64,000 nt of DNA, taken from NCBI GenBank assembly GCA_964016885.1, contig OZ024742.1:320044001-320108000 (forward strand), written 5' to 3'. Shown here piece after piece: positions 1 to 14,711 of this stretch. The notes beneath the pieces are model-generated. The model saw nothing but the letters and a program-made list of their open reading frames with translations. It did not search any database and was not told where the DNA came from. Position 1 is the first letter of the stretch. Each line of letters opens with the position of its first letter. The DNA is from Eledone cirrhosa. Lineage: Eukaryota. The translations under genes and the position numbers were made by a program.

Positions 1-3000
1 CACTGGTGATGTGTGAACTATTTGACTTTGAAAAATTTTGAACTTATTGAGCAATTTCTCTGCTCCCTTAGATTGACTTTGAATTATCAGTTTGTTACAT
101 TCACATATTTCTTTGTAGAATGCATTTATTTGTTTTGTGCTCTTTTGCTATTTGCTTGCTCATGGTTTTTGTTCATTCACATTCTTTGCTGTTTTACGTG
201 CCTGCATATGCACACATTTTTTTATCACACACCAACATGTTGTTCTTGGTATATGTTCTTCAAACGTAATATTCTGCGAGTCCCTTTTCACCTGGTTGAG
301 GTGCTGTCACATGCTAGCAGCTCACAGAGTTTAATCCACTGGATTCAAACAGGCACCGCAACACGAGAATACTAATTGCAGCTGAACTCAAACAGCTTCG
401 CATCTCATTGCACACTGATCGTCCATGACGGCCATCCGTCTTGTTGTTTTTGCCCGACTCGCTGGGAAAGCAACAAATTGAACTGGACTTGTCAATATTT
501 CAGCCACTTCTGTGGATTCGCCCGAATTATGGAATTTACACTGCAACCCACCTACAGATTAAACTTGTTTTTTTTTTCTTTACAAAGCAACCAGCCATTT
601 TTTCCTGGCTCCACAGCACATTCGACAATACATCTAGGGGCCATCATTTTCTCGCCAGCACTGGTAAACTACCATAATAGCTTCGTTCACAGCTACTGGT
701 ACAACGCTTACCATTAACATTTAATGCAAGAACAGCAACTTCGCCCATGTCAGACTTTATCTGTTTTCTGGTAGGCCCTTGAGGGTCTCGTTTAAACTAC
801 AAAACAGCTAGTCATTTGACAGCGGCTCAACACGGCCCGTCGCGCCTAATTTTTTTTGTTCTTGCATGAATCTTTCTGCTCAATTATTTTTTCACTGATG
901 TGCTCTTTCAGCATTTGTTCTTGCTGATTCAATAATATGTGGGTCCTTGGTTTCTTCGTTATCGATTTTCGGCTGAAAATCTGGTCGGAGGTGATGTAGT
1001 GACCTACATTCCGCGGGATCACATACATTCTCTGTGCGTGATTTGGCTCAGTTCAGCCAATCAGCGCCAGTAGAAGAGGATGTATCCCTACGCGCCTTGA
1101 GGAAGAAATTCCCCGCGAAGATTTGAAGAATCTCTCTCTTGTACCAGAAACTTCGAACCAGCAACACGCATAATGTAACGGTGAGATATTGCACCCTAGC
1201 CTCGCCGGCTTTTCGGCGCAATGGCACATTCCCTTTTGTAACCTCTTTTTATCTGTAACTTCAACCATATAAGTTAACAAACATTGTTTGTGCTACATCA
1301 AAAATAAACATACATTTCATCTCTAATTTCTGCTGTTGAAATCATTGTTATGTTACTCGTGTCTCAATAACATCTATAATCCATGCTGCTGGAATTGGCG
1401 ACCTGACGAAAGGAATATTGTAAATACTGAGATGGTAAATAGATCGAGGGACCTTCCCTCACGTCTATGTCGACAAGATAATCCAACGAGGATACTATCA
1501 CTTACCACACTGGCAACTAACGACCTTCAATCATCTACCCTGTTAAAGTGGCGACTATTCAACTTTCATACTGCTAAAATGGTAATAAAAGAGTTTTAAA
1601 ACATGTGAGGTTTGGCAACAGGAGCAACATCCGGCCATAGCAACTGTCACCTCTTATACCTTTCCTCCACTCTCATACGAAGGACAAAAGCCTGAAACGT
1701 AAGATTCTACACTCTTCGTAACAAATGAATTTACTAAACTCTCCTACTTGACTGTCATAATCTACTGTTTACATGGTTTACTCTCTCTCTCTTCCATGTC
1801 TTTGTCACCATTCTGTCTACTTAACAATTTAAGACCATACAAAAACCGTCGTAGTCCTTATTGCGTATATTTCATAATAGTAGTACGGTCTATTATAGCG
1901 TGCTGTCAAAAAGATTCGTCGTACATCAACGACCTATTCACTGACACAATTCCACTACATCATCATCATCATTATCATCGTCGACGTCGTCGTTGTCTTT
2001 TCGCCTTCGTTGTTGTCGTCATCATCATCATCATCATTATCAACAACATCTTCATCATCATGTCAATTTTTCCGTTTTTCCCTGCAGAGATGGGTTGGAC
2101 GAAGGTGTGAACTTATCTCGGTTTCCTGTTGTGGTAAGTGAGAGTATAGTATTAACTCTCCAGCTGCTACTGCTAGTACTCACTTTTCAGCTGACTAAAT
2201 GAGAGTAACGTGAAATTAAGTGCATTACTCGTGAACACAATGCACCGGGTAATCGAAACCACGACCTTGTGATCATAAACCCATTAGGCCTCGCATCTTC
2301 ACAGTTATTTAATTAAGTTTGAGAGAAGTAGAGACGGCATGGTCACATCTAGAATGCTTTTGATCACTGATCTATTTGACGAAGGCATTCACATCGGACC
2401 ACGTAGAGCATTGTAACTTACCTTGCTACGATTAGCAGGCAAATCTTCCACTAACCACAACCTTGAGACCAATTACTAGACTACACGCCTTCACAATTTC
2501 CCCTGTATCTGTTGAAAAGTAGTTCTTGGCGAGTTTTGTAAACCTCGGTGGAGGGGGAGCATCTTTCATTTACTTTTCCCTCTTCTTTTGTTTTGGTTTC
2601 TCTTGTTTGTATATTTTCTTAGTCCTCATCAAATTTAAACATGTCATTTTATATAAGGTAATTACATACTCGTGAAAATAAAGCAACTAATTTAATTGAT
2701 ATATAATATAGACGCTCTGAGTTCAAATTCATACGAGGCCAACTTTGCCTTTTATCCTTTCGAGGTGGATAAAAAATTTCAGTCCAATATGGGATCGATT
2801 CTTCCTTCTTCTTTCTCTCACTTTCTCTCCACCTTCTCTGGAAGAAATTGGTTGTGTTCAAAACTGGAGAGGGAATGGGCTCTGCCCAAGAAACGCTGTA
2901 TATCACTACGGTGCCCCTAGGACCCCATCAAGAGTTACGGTTGCATGCATACATATATAATATTATTCCTATGTACTGTGTGGAGCGAATTACCCGTTCA

Positions 3001-4184
3001 CTGGCTTCTGAGGTGAAATAGTACTATAGAGAGATGGTAGTGTGAAATAGCCTAGACCGTTGCTATTACAACAGAAACCCGATTTATGACGACATCTGTG
3101 GCCTGATGAAGTCTGTTGCCGCTGTGCTATATATAATATCCCTGGTAGTTTTAATTAAAAGCACAAGAAAAAAATGAGAGAATAGAAAGGAAATAACATT
3201 ACCCAGAGGCATATACAAACTTATCAGTAAGTGATTTCCAGCGGATGCAGTGGAATTATATCAATGACAAGGTTACAGAAACGAGACGAAAATATTTAAC
3301 ACTTCACTATAGACTGTAAAAAAAAAAAGATAAATAAATTGTCCTCCGTCAGTTTCGACGATGAGTATTTTAGTTAACCTGAGAATATGTCATCGTGCAT
3401 GGTTTCTCCTGTCTCGGAGATATAGGTGTTACATGTGTTACAGCGTTGCCCTTATAACATTAGTCAACGACGTCACTTTAGTTTGTTTTCTTTTTTTAAA
3501 TTTTATAATATTTATTTAGTAATTTTTAGTTAAAATATCTTGATATATGCCCGGCAGTGTGTCGTGTATGTTGTAGACGCCCATTCACTCACACATACAG
3601 ACACACACACGCATACACACAAACACACACACACCACAACCACCACCACCATACACACACACACACCACCACCACCACCATACATACACACATATACCAC
3701 CATACACACACACATATACCACCATAAATACACCTATACCTTCCTACATGTACAACATTCCACCTATACACACACCCAACTCACTCTCACACACACATAT
3801 CCTCACGCCCACGCACGTCCTGCTCACACATACACATAAATACACATGCCTCACAAAAACACACATACAGGCACAGAGACATATCAACACCATAAACAAC
3901 GCATTCTGATGCAAAAATGCGCACACACACACATGCATATACACACCATCGATGCATGTACAGTAACGCTAACACATACACATACACACATAAATACACA
4001 CGCACATATACACATACACTCACGCATACGTATAGGTCCCAACATAAACACTACCACATGCGTTGAATGAGTTTCAACTTCTGTTAAATCTCCCTATATA
4101 GACAGTACCAAAAGGTCACAGGGTATGGTGTCTGCTGCTTCTTGAAAATTTCACTCATGACTACGACACAAACAAATGACGTCC

Positions 4185-4218
<34 letters not shown>

Positions 4219-4709
4219 ATATTATATTATATATATATATATATCATATATATATATATAATTATTATTATTATATATATTTATATATATATATATCAGC
4301 CCTCTTATGCATATATTTATTTCTTCCAATCCAATTTACCTAACTAGCTATAAAATTTCTGTAAAGTGTTGAATTGTTGTTGTTGTTGTTACTGTTGTTG
4401 TTGCTGGTGGTGGTGGTGTATGTTGTTGGGGTAGATGGTATTTGTTTTTGTTGATGGTGGTGGTGGTGACGGCGGTGGTGATGTGGTTGTTGCTGCCTCT
4501 GTTCTTGTTTTGGTTGTTTTACCCTAATTCCAAGGTTGCCAGATCAATTTCAGAAAAAGTAGCAATTCTTTTTCAAAACGTAATGGATTATGTTAAAAAG
4601 TAGCTCAAAATTTTAACAATATATCATCATCGACGATATTCACTGCAACTTTCACAGTCAGTTGTAGTCCCCTATATATATACTGTATATATATATGTAT
4701 ATATATATA

Positions 4710-5138
4710 TGAAGAGGCGGATTTTCAGGTCTTTACGAAGGTCCGACTTCCACACCGATCTCAAGCTGTGGCACGCCGCCCAGGCTTTGCTCTTCCTCTC
4801 AACCACATCATCTTCCGTATTCCCAATCTTTGTTCCCAAATACAGGAAGTCCTCAACCAATTCTAGCAGCTTTCCGCCTACATTAGTGACACAGAGGAGA
4901 CTGAGGTTAGCTGGACATGCTCACCGACATCCAGAGTTGACATTGCACTCAGTGCTCCTGTGGGAGCCCCTACATGGACACACTGGAAGAGGAAGACCAA
5001 GGTTAACGTATGTTGATGCCCTAAGGACAGACACTGGTCTGTTGGAGACGCAGGACATGGCAACAATAATGAGGGACAGAGACCGCTGGAGAGAACTCGT
5101 CCATCGATTTCGGGATTTTTACCCGCCCTAGAAAAAAA
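4710..5138. mobile_element. RTE-clade LINE 3' fragment with 5' inversion
   Basis: 4710-4877 (-) gives VEDFLYLG...KAWAACHSL..W. 4880-5131 (+) gives RRLRLAGHAHRH..WEP..GRPRLTYVD, followed by a short A tail. Confidence 0.9.
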
Positions 5139-5339
5139 TATATATAAATATATATACTTTGAAAATTAAAACCAAACACTGCTAACTATATCTTAATTTA
5201 CAAATGTTTCATCCTTAATATTAGGATTCCTCATGATTAAATAAGATATAACTACCTTAAACTCAACATTTCGTCCAAAACTAACTTTTTCACCGACAAT
5301 TATCTGTTTTCGTATTTGAAAACGAATTGATTTACACAC

Positions 5340-6480
5340 ACATCCTCGTCGCCAACCTTCTGATGGTGACGAAATAAATGCTTAGAAACCGGTTGGTCCC
5401 CAGCTTTGTGGCAATGTCCAACAAAACGTAATCTTTTCTGACAGCCGTGGCAGGCCTTGGTAGTTATCCCCTGTTGGTTATATGATTTCTCACGTTGATG
5501 TTAAAAATTCTCCTCCCCATAGCCTAGTATATAATCTATCTATTATTATTTCTATGTTTAGTGTTATGGTCCAACTTTCTGATTCGTATAACAGATCACT
5601 TTCTAAACATACTCTGAAAAATCTAAGTTTTAGTTTTCTATCTCTGTCTATGTTAGTTTCATATTTTGTCAAACTGGTATATTGCAGCCCATGCCAATCT
5701 TTTCCTTACATTAGAATCATCCTTGCTTTCTGGAACATAACCGCCTAAATTGCTCCACCCGATTAATGATTTTACCAGTTAAGCTTTTTACTTGATCTGT
5801 TATAATTTCTGTTTTGCTAGCATGAAGATGTAAACCAACTATATTTGCTGCATGTTCTACACAATGTAATACATTTTCAGCTACCTGCAGTGATTTATTG
5901 ATCAGTGCAAAGTTATCAGCATAAGCCAAATCCTTTAGTCATATCTCTGAATACCGTATCTCTCTCCTAACTTCTATAACAATTCAACAATCTCTATCAG
6001 ACATTGTAAATGATTCTTTCGATAAATAATCCAAAACCATAATGAACAAAAACGGAGCTAATGTATCACCTTGAAATATGCTGGCTAAAATACTGAAAAG
6101 GGTAGCAGCACCATCTGGTGGGGGTTGGGGGGATTACCCGGGCTTTTGTGTTTTCATAGATTAGTTTAATTGCATTTACTATTAAAGGTGGTATGCCACA
6201 TACTTTAAGAATTTAGAACATTCTTTTCCTATGTATAGAATCAAATGCCTTTGAAAAATCAATTCATAGTAATGCTAATGACGAATTTTTATCTTTCAAA
6301 TTCTCAATGATTCTTCTCAATGCTAAAATGTTTGATAGAGTGGAGCATGATTTTCGAAAACCACATTGACTCCAGCTCAATAATCTATCTATAGATGATT
6401 GTATACTATGGTTGTATACTATTTAGAATAATTTTATCATATAATTTTGATGCAATAGTGTTTAAACTGATACCACTGTG
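5340..6480 (-). pseudogene. Decayed RTE-clade LINE reverse transcriptase
   Basis: Minus-strand remnants GFRKSCST, DFSKAFDSI, QGDTLAPFLF, LAYADN, LLYESESWT with stops and frameshifts. Confidence 0.85.
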
Positions 6481-7105
6481 TCGTGAAACTATGGAAGCAG
6501 TAGCACTCTTCGGAATAGATTTAATGGCACTCTTTGGCCATTGTGCTGGTGTAATAACACTGTATCACACTCAATCTTCCTGAGAACTACGTAAAAAGCA
6601 TGTTAATTTCATTCAACAGGAATGTTTCTTTTTATAAATAAAATTTCAAAGTAGTCGAAAGTATCACAAATTGAACAAAAAGTGTGCAGTCCTGAGAAGT
6701 GGTATACTCAGCTATTTGTAGCACAACCTGACAACCCCGCCCAGCTCAGTTCTGATCGATCAAGCTTATGATTAAAGATCTTTTGGTCAGCATAATCCCC
6801 TCTTATTTACTGTCATAGTGCATTTAAGACCACGCTACCCTACATATCTATCCTTTGTTTACGGTCCTGCTTTTTTATCTCACTGCATGGAATTTGTGTA
6901 AGTGTATTGTTTTTTGTTGTTGTTTTGTTGTGAGCAGTGAGTGAAATTGGGAGAGCGGAAACATGGTGGAAAACCTTTGAATCCCAAAGTCCTACCTTGT
7001 CACATTGTCATGCTGGTGGCACACATGTCTACAGAATACGCAACCTGTTACACGAGATGGATTGTACTTGTAATTGCAACGGTTAGTCGTGTCATATACT
7101 GTGAC

Positions 7106-7269
7106 CATGGACTCCAAGAGAAATTTTACAAGGCAGTACAAGACCTCTTTAGGGCCCGAAGCAGGCAAAGATTTTTCTCGAAATGGATGTTACATGGTTG
7201 CTGTGGGCCCTTCTTAGCTCTTGGGCCCTGGAATAAAGTACCGGCTGGACCTCCATCTCATAGGCCCTG
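7106..7269. mobile_element. hAT-type MITE
   Basis: Perfect 8-bp TSD ACTGTGAC, CA...TG imperfect TIRs, internal GGGCCC motifs. Confidence 0.75.
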
Positions 7270-7617
7270 ACTGTGACACGATGATTCTGCCTAATGAATT
7301 ACGTTAAGGTTATATAGGTTTACACAATAAAACATTTATTTTTGTTGATCGAAAAACTAAAAACTCACAGTCGAAACCGACAGAGACCCGTTTATTTTCT
7401 GTGTGCGTGTTTGTCTACGCGTCAAGATGATATTAAAAATAACTGTATGTTTGTTTGTCTGTCTGTCCGTCTATTTGTCAGTCTGATGACTGTTAGTCTA
7501 TTTGTCTGTCTGTCGGTTTGTCTTTATTCGAGTCAGAGTGGGCAAAAATAAGTGGGGCGTTCTATATTGTGATATAACGATAAAAGCACTCGCATCATAT
7601 ATGGTCAGAAACTATTA

Positions 7618-7667
<50 letters not shown>

Positions 7668-8769
7668 TGTGTGTGTGTATAAATAAATATATACACATAT
7701 GTATATACATACAAACACATATACGCACACAGAAACACACACACACACAGAGACTTGGATCCGAAAACTTTGGTGTCATAAGTTTGAGTTTATGAAGAAG
7801 ACAGGGGGGGGGGGCAGAAAATATGAGAAAGGAAGGAGCTAGCGAAAGAGTGAGAGAGAGAGGGGGGGGGGGGTTACATAACAAATGTTTAATTCTGTAC
7901 AATAAATGTGATTGACCAACATTAGAGGACTTTCAGGAATGTCTGTCAGAGGAAGTTAAATCCTACTACTACTACTACTACTACTACCACTATTTGTAGG
8001 TGTTGTTATTGTTGTTCTTGTTGTTGATGTTGCTGTTATTGATGATGTTGATGTTATTGTTATTGTTGTTTTCGTCGATATTGTTGTTGTTGTCGTTGTT
8101 ATTGGTGTTGCTGTTTTTGTTGCTGATGTGGTTGTTGATGTTGTAGATGTTATTGTTGTTGTTTATTTCGTCAATATTGTAGTTGTCGTTGATGTTATTG
8201 TCGTTGTTGTTTTCGTCGATATTGATGTTGTTGTTATTGGTGGTGGTGGTATTGTTGTTGTTATTGGTGGTGGTGGTGGTGGTGTTGTTGTTGTTATTGT
8301 TGTTGTTGTTATTCTTGCCTATCTGGTTGTTGATGTTGATATTATTGTTGATATTGTTATTGGTGTTGTTATTGCTGTTGTTGTTTATACCACATCTCCC
8401 TGAGAGAAGATATAAACAACTAAGTAGACAGGCCTATTTATGAAATAAATATTAAATTAAATTAAACTAAATTTACAGCTGACATTTATGTAGGTTTAAC
8501 AAGTCTTTTATTAGGTTCTATCTGATAGAAGGCTTCTTGAATATTTTAATGTTAGGGAACTCAGTCCTATCATGAAAAGTAATGTGAAATGAAGTGTCTT
8601 CTCAAAAATGCAAAGGGCTGCCCGGTTCAAGAATCGAACCCACGACCTTGTGATTTTGTGTCAGGCAGTCTAGCCATTAGGTGACGTGGTGTTTAATCGA
8701 AGATGTTTCAGCCATAGCCATCATGTACTTTCTGCGAATATTACATATTTATGATTACTTTACCTAACG

Positions 8770-8900
8770 TGAAGGCGCATGGCTTAGTGGTTACAGGTTG
8801 TGATTTCGATTTCCGGACCGGGTGATGTGTTGTGTCCTTGAGCAAGACACTTTATTTAACGTTGTTCCAGTTTACTCAGCTGTAAAAATGAGTTGCGATT
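8770..8900 (+). mobile_element. SINE (CORE-like), partial
   Basis: GAAGGCGCATGGCTTAGTGGTT...GTGTCCTTGAGCAAGACAC. Confidence 0.8.
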
Positions 8901-9439
8901 CTGTTAAATCAATGGGTGGTAGTAGTTCCAGCTGCAAGCAACGAAAGACTGGTGTAGTGTTTCTGAGAACAATGCGGCTTTGTAGATGATCAATGCAAAT
9001 TGACAATGGAAAGGGGCTCAAATTAGAAGAGAACTATTGACCTTCAGGAGAAGCAGCGACCCTTGATTATATTCAGCAACCGAAATAAATATAAAGTACA
9101 CTAAAACCAATGCTCCTAGGGGCGGCCCTGGTTCTTCTTATTTGCGAGTGTAAACTCGGCTAGATTCGATTTGATAACCTAATGTGTCGTCCATTGCCTT
9201 TGCAATGAATAGATTTGTCTGTATGCTCCATCGATTCTGCCAATTCCCCGCCTTTGTTTTCCTTCCTTTAAATAAGAAATTTTCAAACCTTTTGGGCCAT
9301 CGCCCCCCTCACGGCCACGTAATACCCTCAACAACCCCACCCCTATTTCCAGAAAGACCTGCTTACACGTAAATTGTAAATAACTTATAATAAATTAAAT
9401 CGTTAATTTATAATAAATAAATAATATAATATACATACA

Positions 9440-9730
9440 TAGCTTAGTGGTTAGAGCATTGGCCTTGCAATCGAAAGGTTGTGAGTTCAATTCTCAGACC
9501 GGATGATATGTTGTTTCCTTGAGCAAGACACTATATTTCACATTGCTCCAGTTTACTCAGCTCTAGAAATGGTCATGGAGGTGCCACGGCAAAAAAAAAG
9601 CATCCAGCACTCACTGTAAATGAGGTTGGTGTTAGGAAGGGCATCCAGCTGTAGAAATCGAGCCAGAATCAGTTCCCGTCCCACCCTTGCAAGCAGGGAA
9701 AAGCGGACGTAAAATGAAATGATGATGACT
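9440..9730 (+). mobile_element. SINE (CORE-like) with RTE-type tail ending in (ATG)n
   Basis: tRNA head + core, then GTTAGGAAGGGCATCCAGC...GGACGTAAAATG(ATG)n. Confidence 0.8.
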
Positions 9731-10509
9731 ATATATAAAGAAATATTATATATTTTTTTATTTTACTATATTTAAATATAATACGTATCATTTGATATAC
9801 TATTATATCATCTCAGGTTGTGAACTCAAAACTTAAAGAGACGTAACCACATGCCGTAAAGCATGTTCTCCAACGCTCTACCGATACCGCCAATCTACTG
9901 CCCTATTCGTCAAGGAAATAATGACCTAGCTCGAGTATTAACAACCTTTATTTCCTTTCTCGGCTAAAACAAGCTATGAACTCTGCCATTTAATTGGTGA
10001 AACATATTCTTAAGCAATAGTATTCGAGGATATGAATAATTACTGAAATTCAGGTGTTTACAATTTATATTAAATATGCCGTCTTTTGGAATTAGATACA
10101 TGTTCTTACATCCTTTTACAAATTTTCTCCTGTTAATGATTGAAATATTTATATAGATAGATAGATAGAGAGATAGATAAATGCATACACAGATACATGT
10201 CGAAACGATAAATGTATGTGCATGTATGAGTATGTGTATATGGTCAGTAAGAGGGGTAGAGAAAAGGACACATACATATCTATATGCTTTTTTTTAAATT
10301 ATACTAAGATTTACAGCAATTTACATCATTAGTCGCCAAGCCATCCACGAAATTTAAAATCAAACACTGTACCCCCCACCCCTCTCTCAATTTATCTATA
10401 TATATATATATATGGGGGAAGTGCACGTGTATCTATAAATTCTCTCCTTCTCTATCCATTCCTCTCTCTTTCTATACTACATCTCCCCCTCTCTCTCTCT
10501 ATATATATA

Positions 10510-11285
10510 TACACATTTGAGCCTTGTGTGATGGTGCAGAATCATGTTGAAAGATATAAGGCCTTCCATTGCATACACTATTTGTCCAAGGCTTAATAAC
10601 TTTATCCAGAACCTCAATATATGCAGCAGCATTCATCCTAAGGCCTTGTGGAAAAAAGTGAGGAGGCATCACATGTCCTTCATTACTAACAACACCCAAA
10701 ACCATGACACTTGCAGGAAATGTTGTGTGCATTACTCTTGGAACCTCAGAAGAGTCTGCACATAGCCACCTGTCATTTCTTCTGTTAGTTTTGTGGTCCT
10801 GGTCAACGTTTTATTCATCTGAGAAAAATCAAATCACATCATCTTCTGATGGATTTTTAAGTTTGTTTAAAATCTTTTAGATCTGATTAAACGCTTTTCT
10901 TTTGTTTTTTTTTTCTGACATGAATTGGCCTCTCCTCACCACGTAAGATTTGTATCTGATGTCTTCATGCGCAACATTTCTGATCGTTTTTTCTGACACT
11001 AACATTTTTTGCAATTGACCTCATTGATTTTCCTGGATTGTCATCAATGTTTTGCTTAACTTCCAGAATAAATTCAGGTGTCCTGATAGAATCAGAGCGT
11101 TTGGAATGTTTTTTACGTTTTGATACAGGCAATACGCTTTCATCTTCTTTCTCTAATTCACACTGAATCTTGTGGACAAAAGATCTTGCAACTTTCAGAA
11201 AATCACAAATTTCTAAATCAACATGCTTAGCCTTCAAAGCCACCATCACATGCCTTTTCCTTTCATTAGTAAGCATAGTTATAAA
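10510..11285 (-). pseudogene. Tc1/mariner (DD37D maT-like) transposase, frameshifted
   Basis: FPASVMVLGVVSNEGHVMPPHFF...FQHDSAPSHKA, with an N-terminal HTH-like segment at 10965-11276. Confidence 0.88.
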
Positions 11286-11442
11286 AATATAAATAAAAAT
11301 AAACGAGAATGAAAGATAATTCTGGAATAAAGGTTCCTCGTTTTGTCCTTAGTCGGGGTAAGGCCCAGGGACTCCCAAACTTCACCGAGATGTTGCAATA
11401 CCCAGGGGACGTATGGGACACCCTTTCCCACACTCTCCTTCT

Positions 11443-11518
<76 letters not shown>

Positions 11519-11566
11519 AGAGAGAGAGAGGGAGAGAGAGAGAGGGGAGAAGGAGAGTGAGTGAGT

Positions 11567-11597
<31 letters not shown>

Positions 11598-11922
11598 AAT
11601 TGGAAATAGCACGGAAAATATATTTAAGAGTCTGTTTTTCTTTTTTCCTTTCTTTGATTCGTCAAAGGGACATTATTGGAAAAATGAGAGGAACAATTTT
11701 TTAAAAAAGAGTTTTATAATGTATATAAAGTATATAAGATATAACCGGTTTCGATGTATTAGTAAAATTCATCTTAAATGTTATGTATTACAATTAAAAA
11801 GAATTAATAAGAATAAAAACTAAAAATGAAAGATTCAAAATTAAGTGTTGAGGTAAATTTTTTCATCTTCCTTGTTGAAAAGGAGACTGGAAAATGAACT
11901 CTTGTGTATAGAGAGAGAGGTG

Positions 11923-11961
<39 letters not shown>

Positions 11962-11965
<4 letters not shown>

Positions 11966-12080
11966 GCAGGGCAATAAAGATAGACGGTAGCCACGGAGTA
12001 GGCAGACCCAGAAAAACCTGGGACGACCTGATAAACTCCGACCTCACACAAGTTTGTCACTGGACCGAGATCTTTGGCGG
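11962..12080 (+). mobile_element. RTE-like LINE 3' fragment
   Basis: KCRAIKIDGSHGVGRPRKTWDDLINSDL, a typical RTE C-terminal GRPRKTW motif. Confidence 0.65.
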
Positions 12081-12134
12081 CACTCAGTAATAGAGAAGAC
12101 CCGCCTTACCTAAATACAAAGTAAAACCTACTAC

Positions 12135-12192
<58 letters not shown>

Positions 12193-12195
12193 GAG

Positions 12196-12436
12196 AGAGA
12201 AAAGATGAAGTTGGAAATAGCACGGGAGACACATTTAAGGGTCCGTTTCTCCTTTTTGATTCGCCAAAGCGACACCACTCGGACCACAACTTATGGTGAC
12301 ACCATAAGTTGTGGCCCGAGTGGTATCACTTTGGCGAATCAAGAAGGAGAAACGGAACCTTAAATGTGTCTCCCGTGCTATTTCCAGGTTCATCTTTTCT
12401 CTATATCCACTGTTTTGTATAGAATCCTTACTTCCC

Positions 12437-12443
<7 letters not shown>
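12196..12443 (+). mobile_element. Fold-back insertion (family A) with 1-nt spacer and tail; related fragment at ~11600-11695
   Basis: Arms 12196-12298 / 12300-12402 with several mismatches, then ~40-nt tail into (TA)n. Confidence 0.7.
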
Positions 12444-12487
<44 letters not shown>

Positions 12488-12494
12488 CACAGAT

Positions 12495-12698
12495 ATTTTT
12501 TATTTGTTTGACCCGAATTACTTGATCGTTTTTTTTTTTGGCTATGCGAATGATTGTTTAACCATCGTCTCAGTGTGTTTGGCCTTTAACGTTTGTTACA
12601 GCTCTGGTTCATCTGAATCATTGAGCACTTGCCGCACATCTCGGAGGTTGTTTTTCGTTATTTCGTGGGCCGAAATGCGATTCTCTATAATTTATATT

Positions 12699-12700
<2 letters not shown>
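12495..12700. repeat. Unclassified ~200-bp dispersed repeat (family U); second copy at 29920-30125
   Basis: Colinear similarity TTGTTTGACCCGAATTACTTG...CTCAGTGTGTTTGGCC...GATTCTC..TAATTTATATTTGTA. Both copies are microsatellite-flanked. Confidence 0.8.
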
Positions 12701-12736
<36 letters not shown>

Positions 12737-12983
12737 CATGCATGTATGTATGAATGTATGTTTGTATGTAAATATGCATGTATTTAAGAATGCATGTATG
12801 TATGCATGCATGCATGTATGTATGTATATATGCATGTATGCATGTATGTATGTATGCATGTATGTATGTGCGATGTATGTATGGATGGATGGATATATAA
12901 ATCTACCCTCACACGTCTATGAATGAAAAAATAAATGAATGGATTATAATCTTGCTATAAACTTAAGCCTGTTCCTAAACTCT

Positions 12984-13428
12984 GCCACCACCACCACCAC
13001 TACTACAACGACCATCGCCACCAACATCAACACCACCACCATCACTACCTCCACCACCACTACTACAACCACGACCATCACCAACATCAACACCACCACC
13101 ATCACTACCTCCACCACCACTACTACAACCACGACCATCACCACCACCAACATCAACATCACCACCATCACTACCTCCACCACCACTACTACAACCACGA
13201 CCACCACCAACATCAACATCACCACCATCACTACCTCCACCACCACTACTACAACCACGACCACCACCAACATAAACATCACCACCATCACTACCTCCAC
13301 CACCACTACTACAACCACGACCACCACCAACATAAACATCACCACCATCACTACCTCCACCACCACTACTACAACCACAACCATCACCACCACCAACATC
13401 ACCACCATCACTACCTCCACCACCGCCA
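12984..13428. repeat. ~60-bp minisatellite built from ACC/ATC/ACT triplets
   Basis: About 7 near-identical units, giving Thr-rich and Val-rich spurious ORFs. Confidence 0.9.
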
Positions 13429-13800
13429 TGAGAACTGTCATATATTTTTTCTTTGTTTCAGTGACCTTCATTATTAACTGACAACAAACATTGATATTTA
13501 TCCAACTGTGTTCTTAACATTGTTACCTTATATGGTCAAAAATATGTTTGTGAATACATGTGAACGCTCGCACACATATACATATACGTACATACATACA
13601 TACATACATACATACAAACATATATCCATATATATATATATATATGTTTATGTATGTATTTATATATATATGTATATACGTATATATATGTATATGTATA
13701 TACGTATATATATATACACATATAAGTTATATATATATATATATATATATATATAACTTATATGTGTATATATATAAACATATATACATATAGAGACACA

Positions 13801-13851
<51 letters not shown>

Positions 13852-14180
13852 TTATATATATATACATACTTACATATACATATATATATGTATGCACACA
13901 TATATAAAACGATTTGTCTTAGAATGCATCAGATTGTAAGAATTAACATAATCGGTTAATCTAATCCGTGATTATTGCTAATCACACGTCTTGCACCAGC
14001 CCTACTAACCTTTGGAAATCATGCTTGGCTTGGCTTCTTTCTGCACCTTTCAATAGGATTTTTACAATAGTTCTCTAACACACAAACACACACACACACT
14101 CACACACACACATACACACTGATCATATACACATATTCATACATTTATCATTTCGACATGTATCTCTATGCATTTATCTA

Positions 14181-14343
<163 letters not shown>

Positions 14344-14511
14344 TTGTGTTTGTGTGTGTGTATATATATATATATATTCGCATACGCACATACACATATA
14401 CATATATATCCACATTATATATGTAAACGTATATAAATACGTGTATATATATATGTATATACATACATATATGTATATATATATATATATGTATATAATG
14501 TATACATGTAT

Positions 14512-14677
14512 ATTTTTTTTTCTAGGACGGGTAAAATTCCCGAGATCCATGGACGAATTCTCTCCAGCGGTCTCTGTCCCTCATTATCGCTGCCATGTCC
14601 TGCGTCTCCAACAGACCAGTGTCTGTCCTTAGGGCATCAACATACGTTAACCTTGGTCTTCCTCTTCCAGTGTGTCC

Positions 14678-14680
<3 letters not shown>
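14512..14680 (-). mobile_element. RTE LINE 3' end, same family as 4975-5138
   Basis: Near-identical reverse complement of 4975-5135 with poly(A). Confidence 0.9.

Positions 14681-14711
<31 letters not shown>

Noticed and set aside
1-700. Possible THAP/transposase remnant on the minus strand (MAPRCIV...)
   Set aside because: No continuous motif could be recovered.
1173-1410. Possible LTR (TGTAAC...AATAAA...AACA) with PBS-like TGGCGACC
   Set aside because: No second LTR, TSD or gag/pol remnant, and the PBS is not adjacent to the putative end.
3005-3125. Scattered hammerhead-like pieces (GAAATAGTACTATA, CTGATGA)
   Set aside because: Order and spacing do not yield a complete fold.
8770-8830. 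tRNA genes
   Set aside because: A/B-box sequences are SINE heads followed by SINE core domains, with no cloverleaf.
12939-13481. Mucin-like Thr-rich ORF
   Set aside because: Triplet-derived minisatellite open on both strands, with no supporting exon context.
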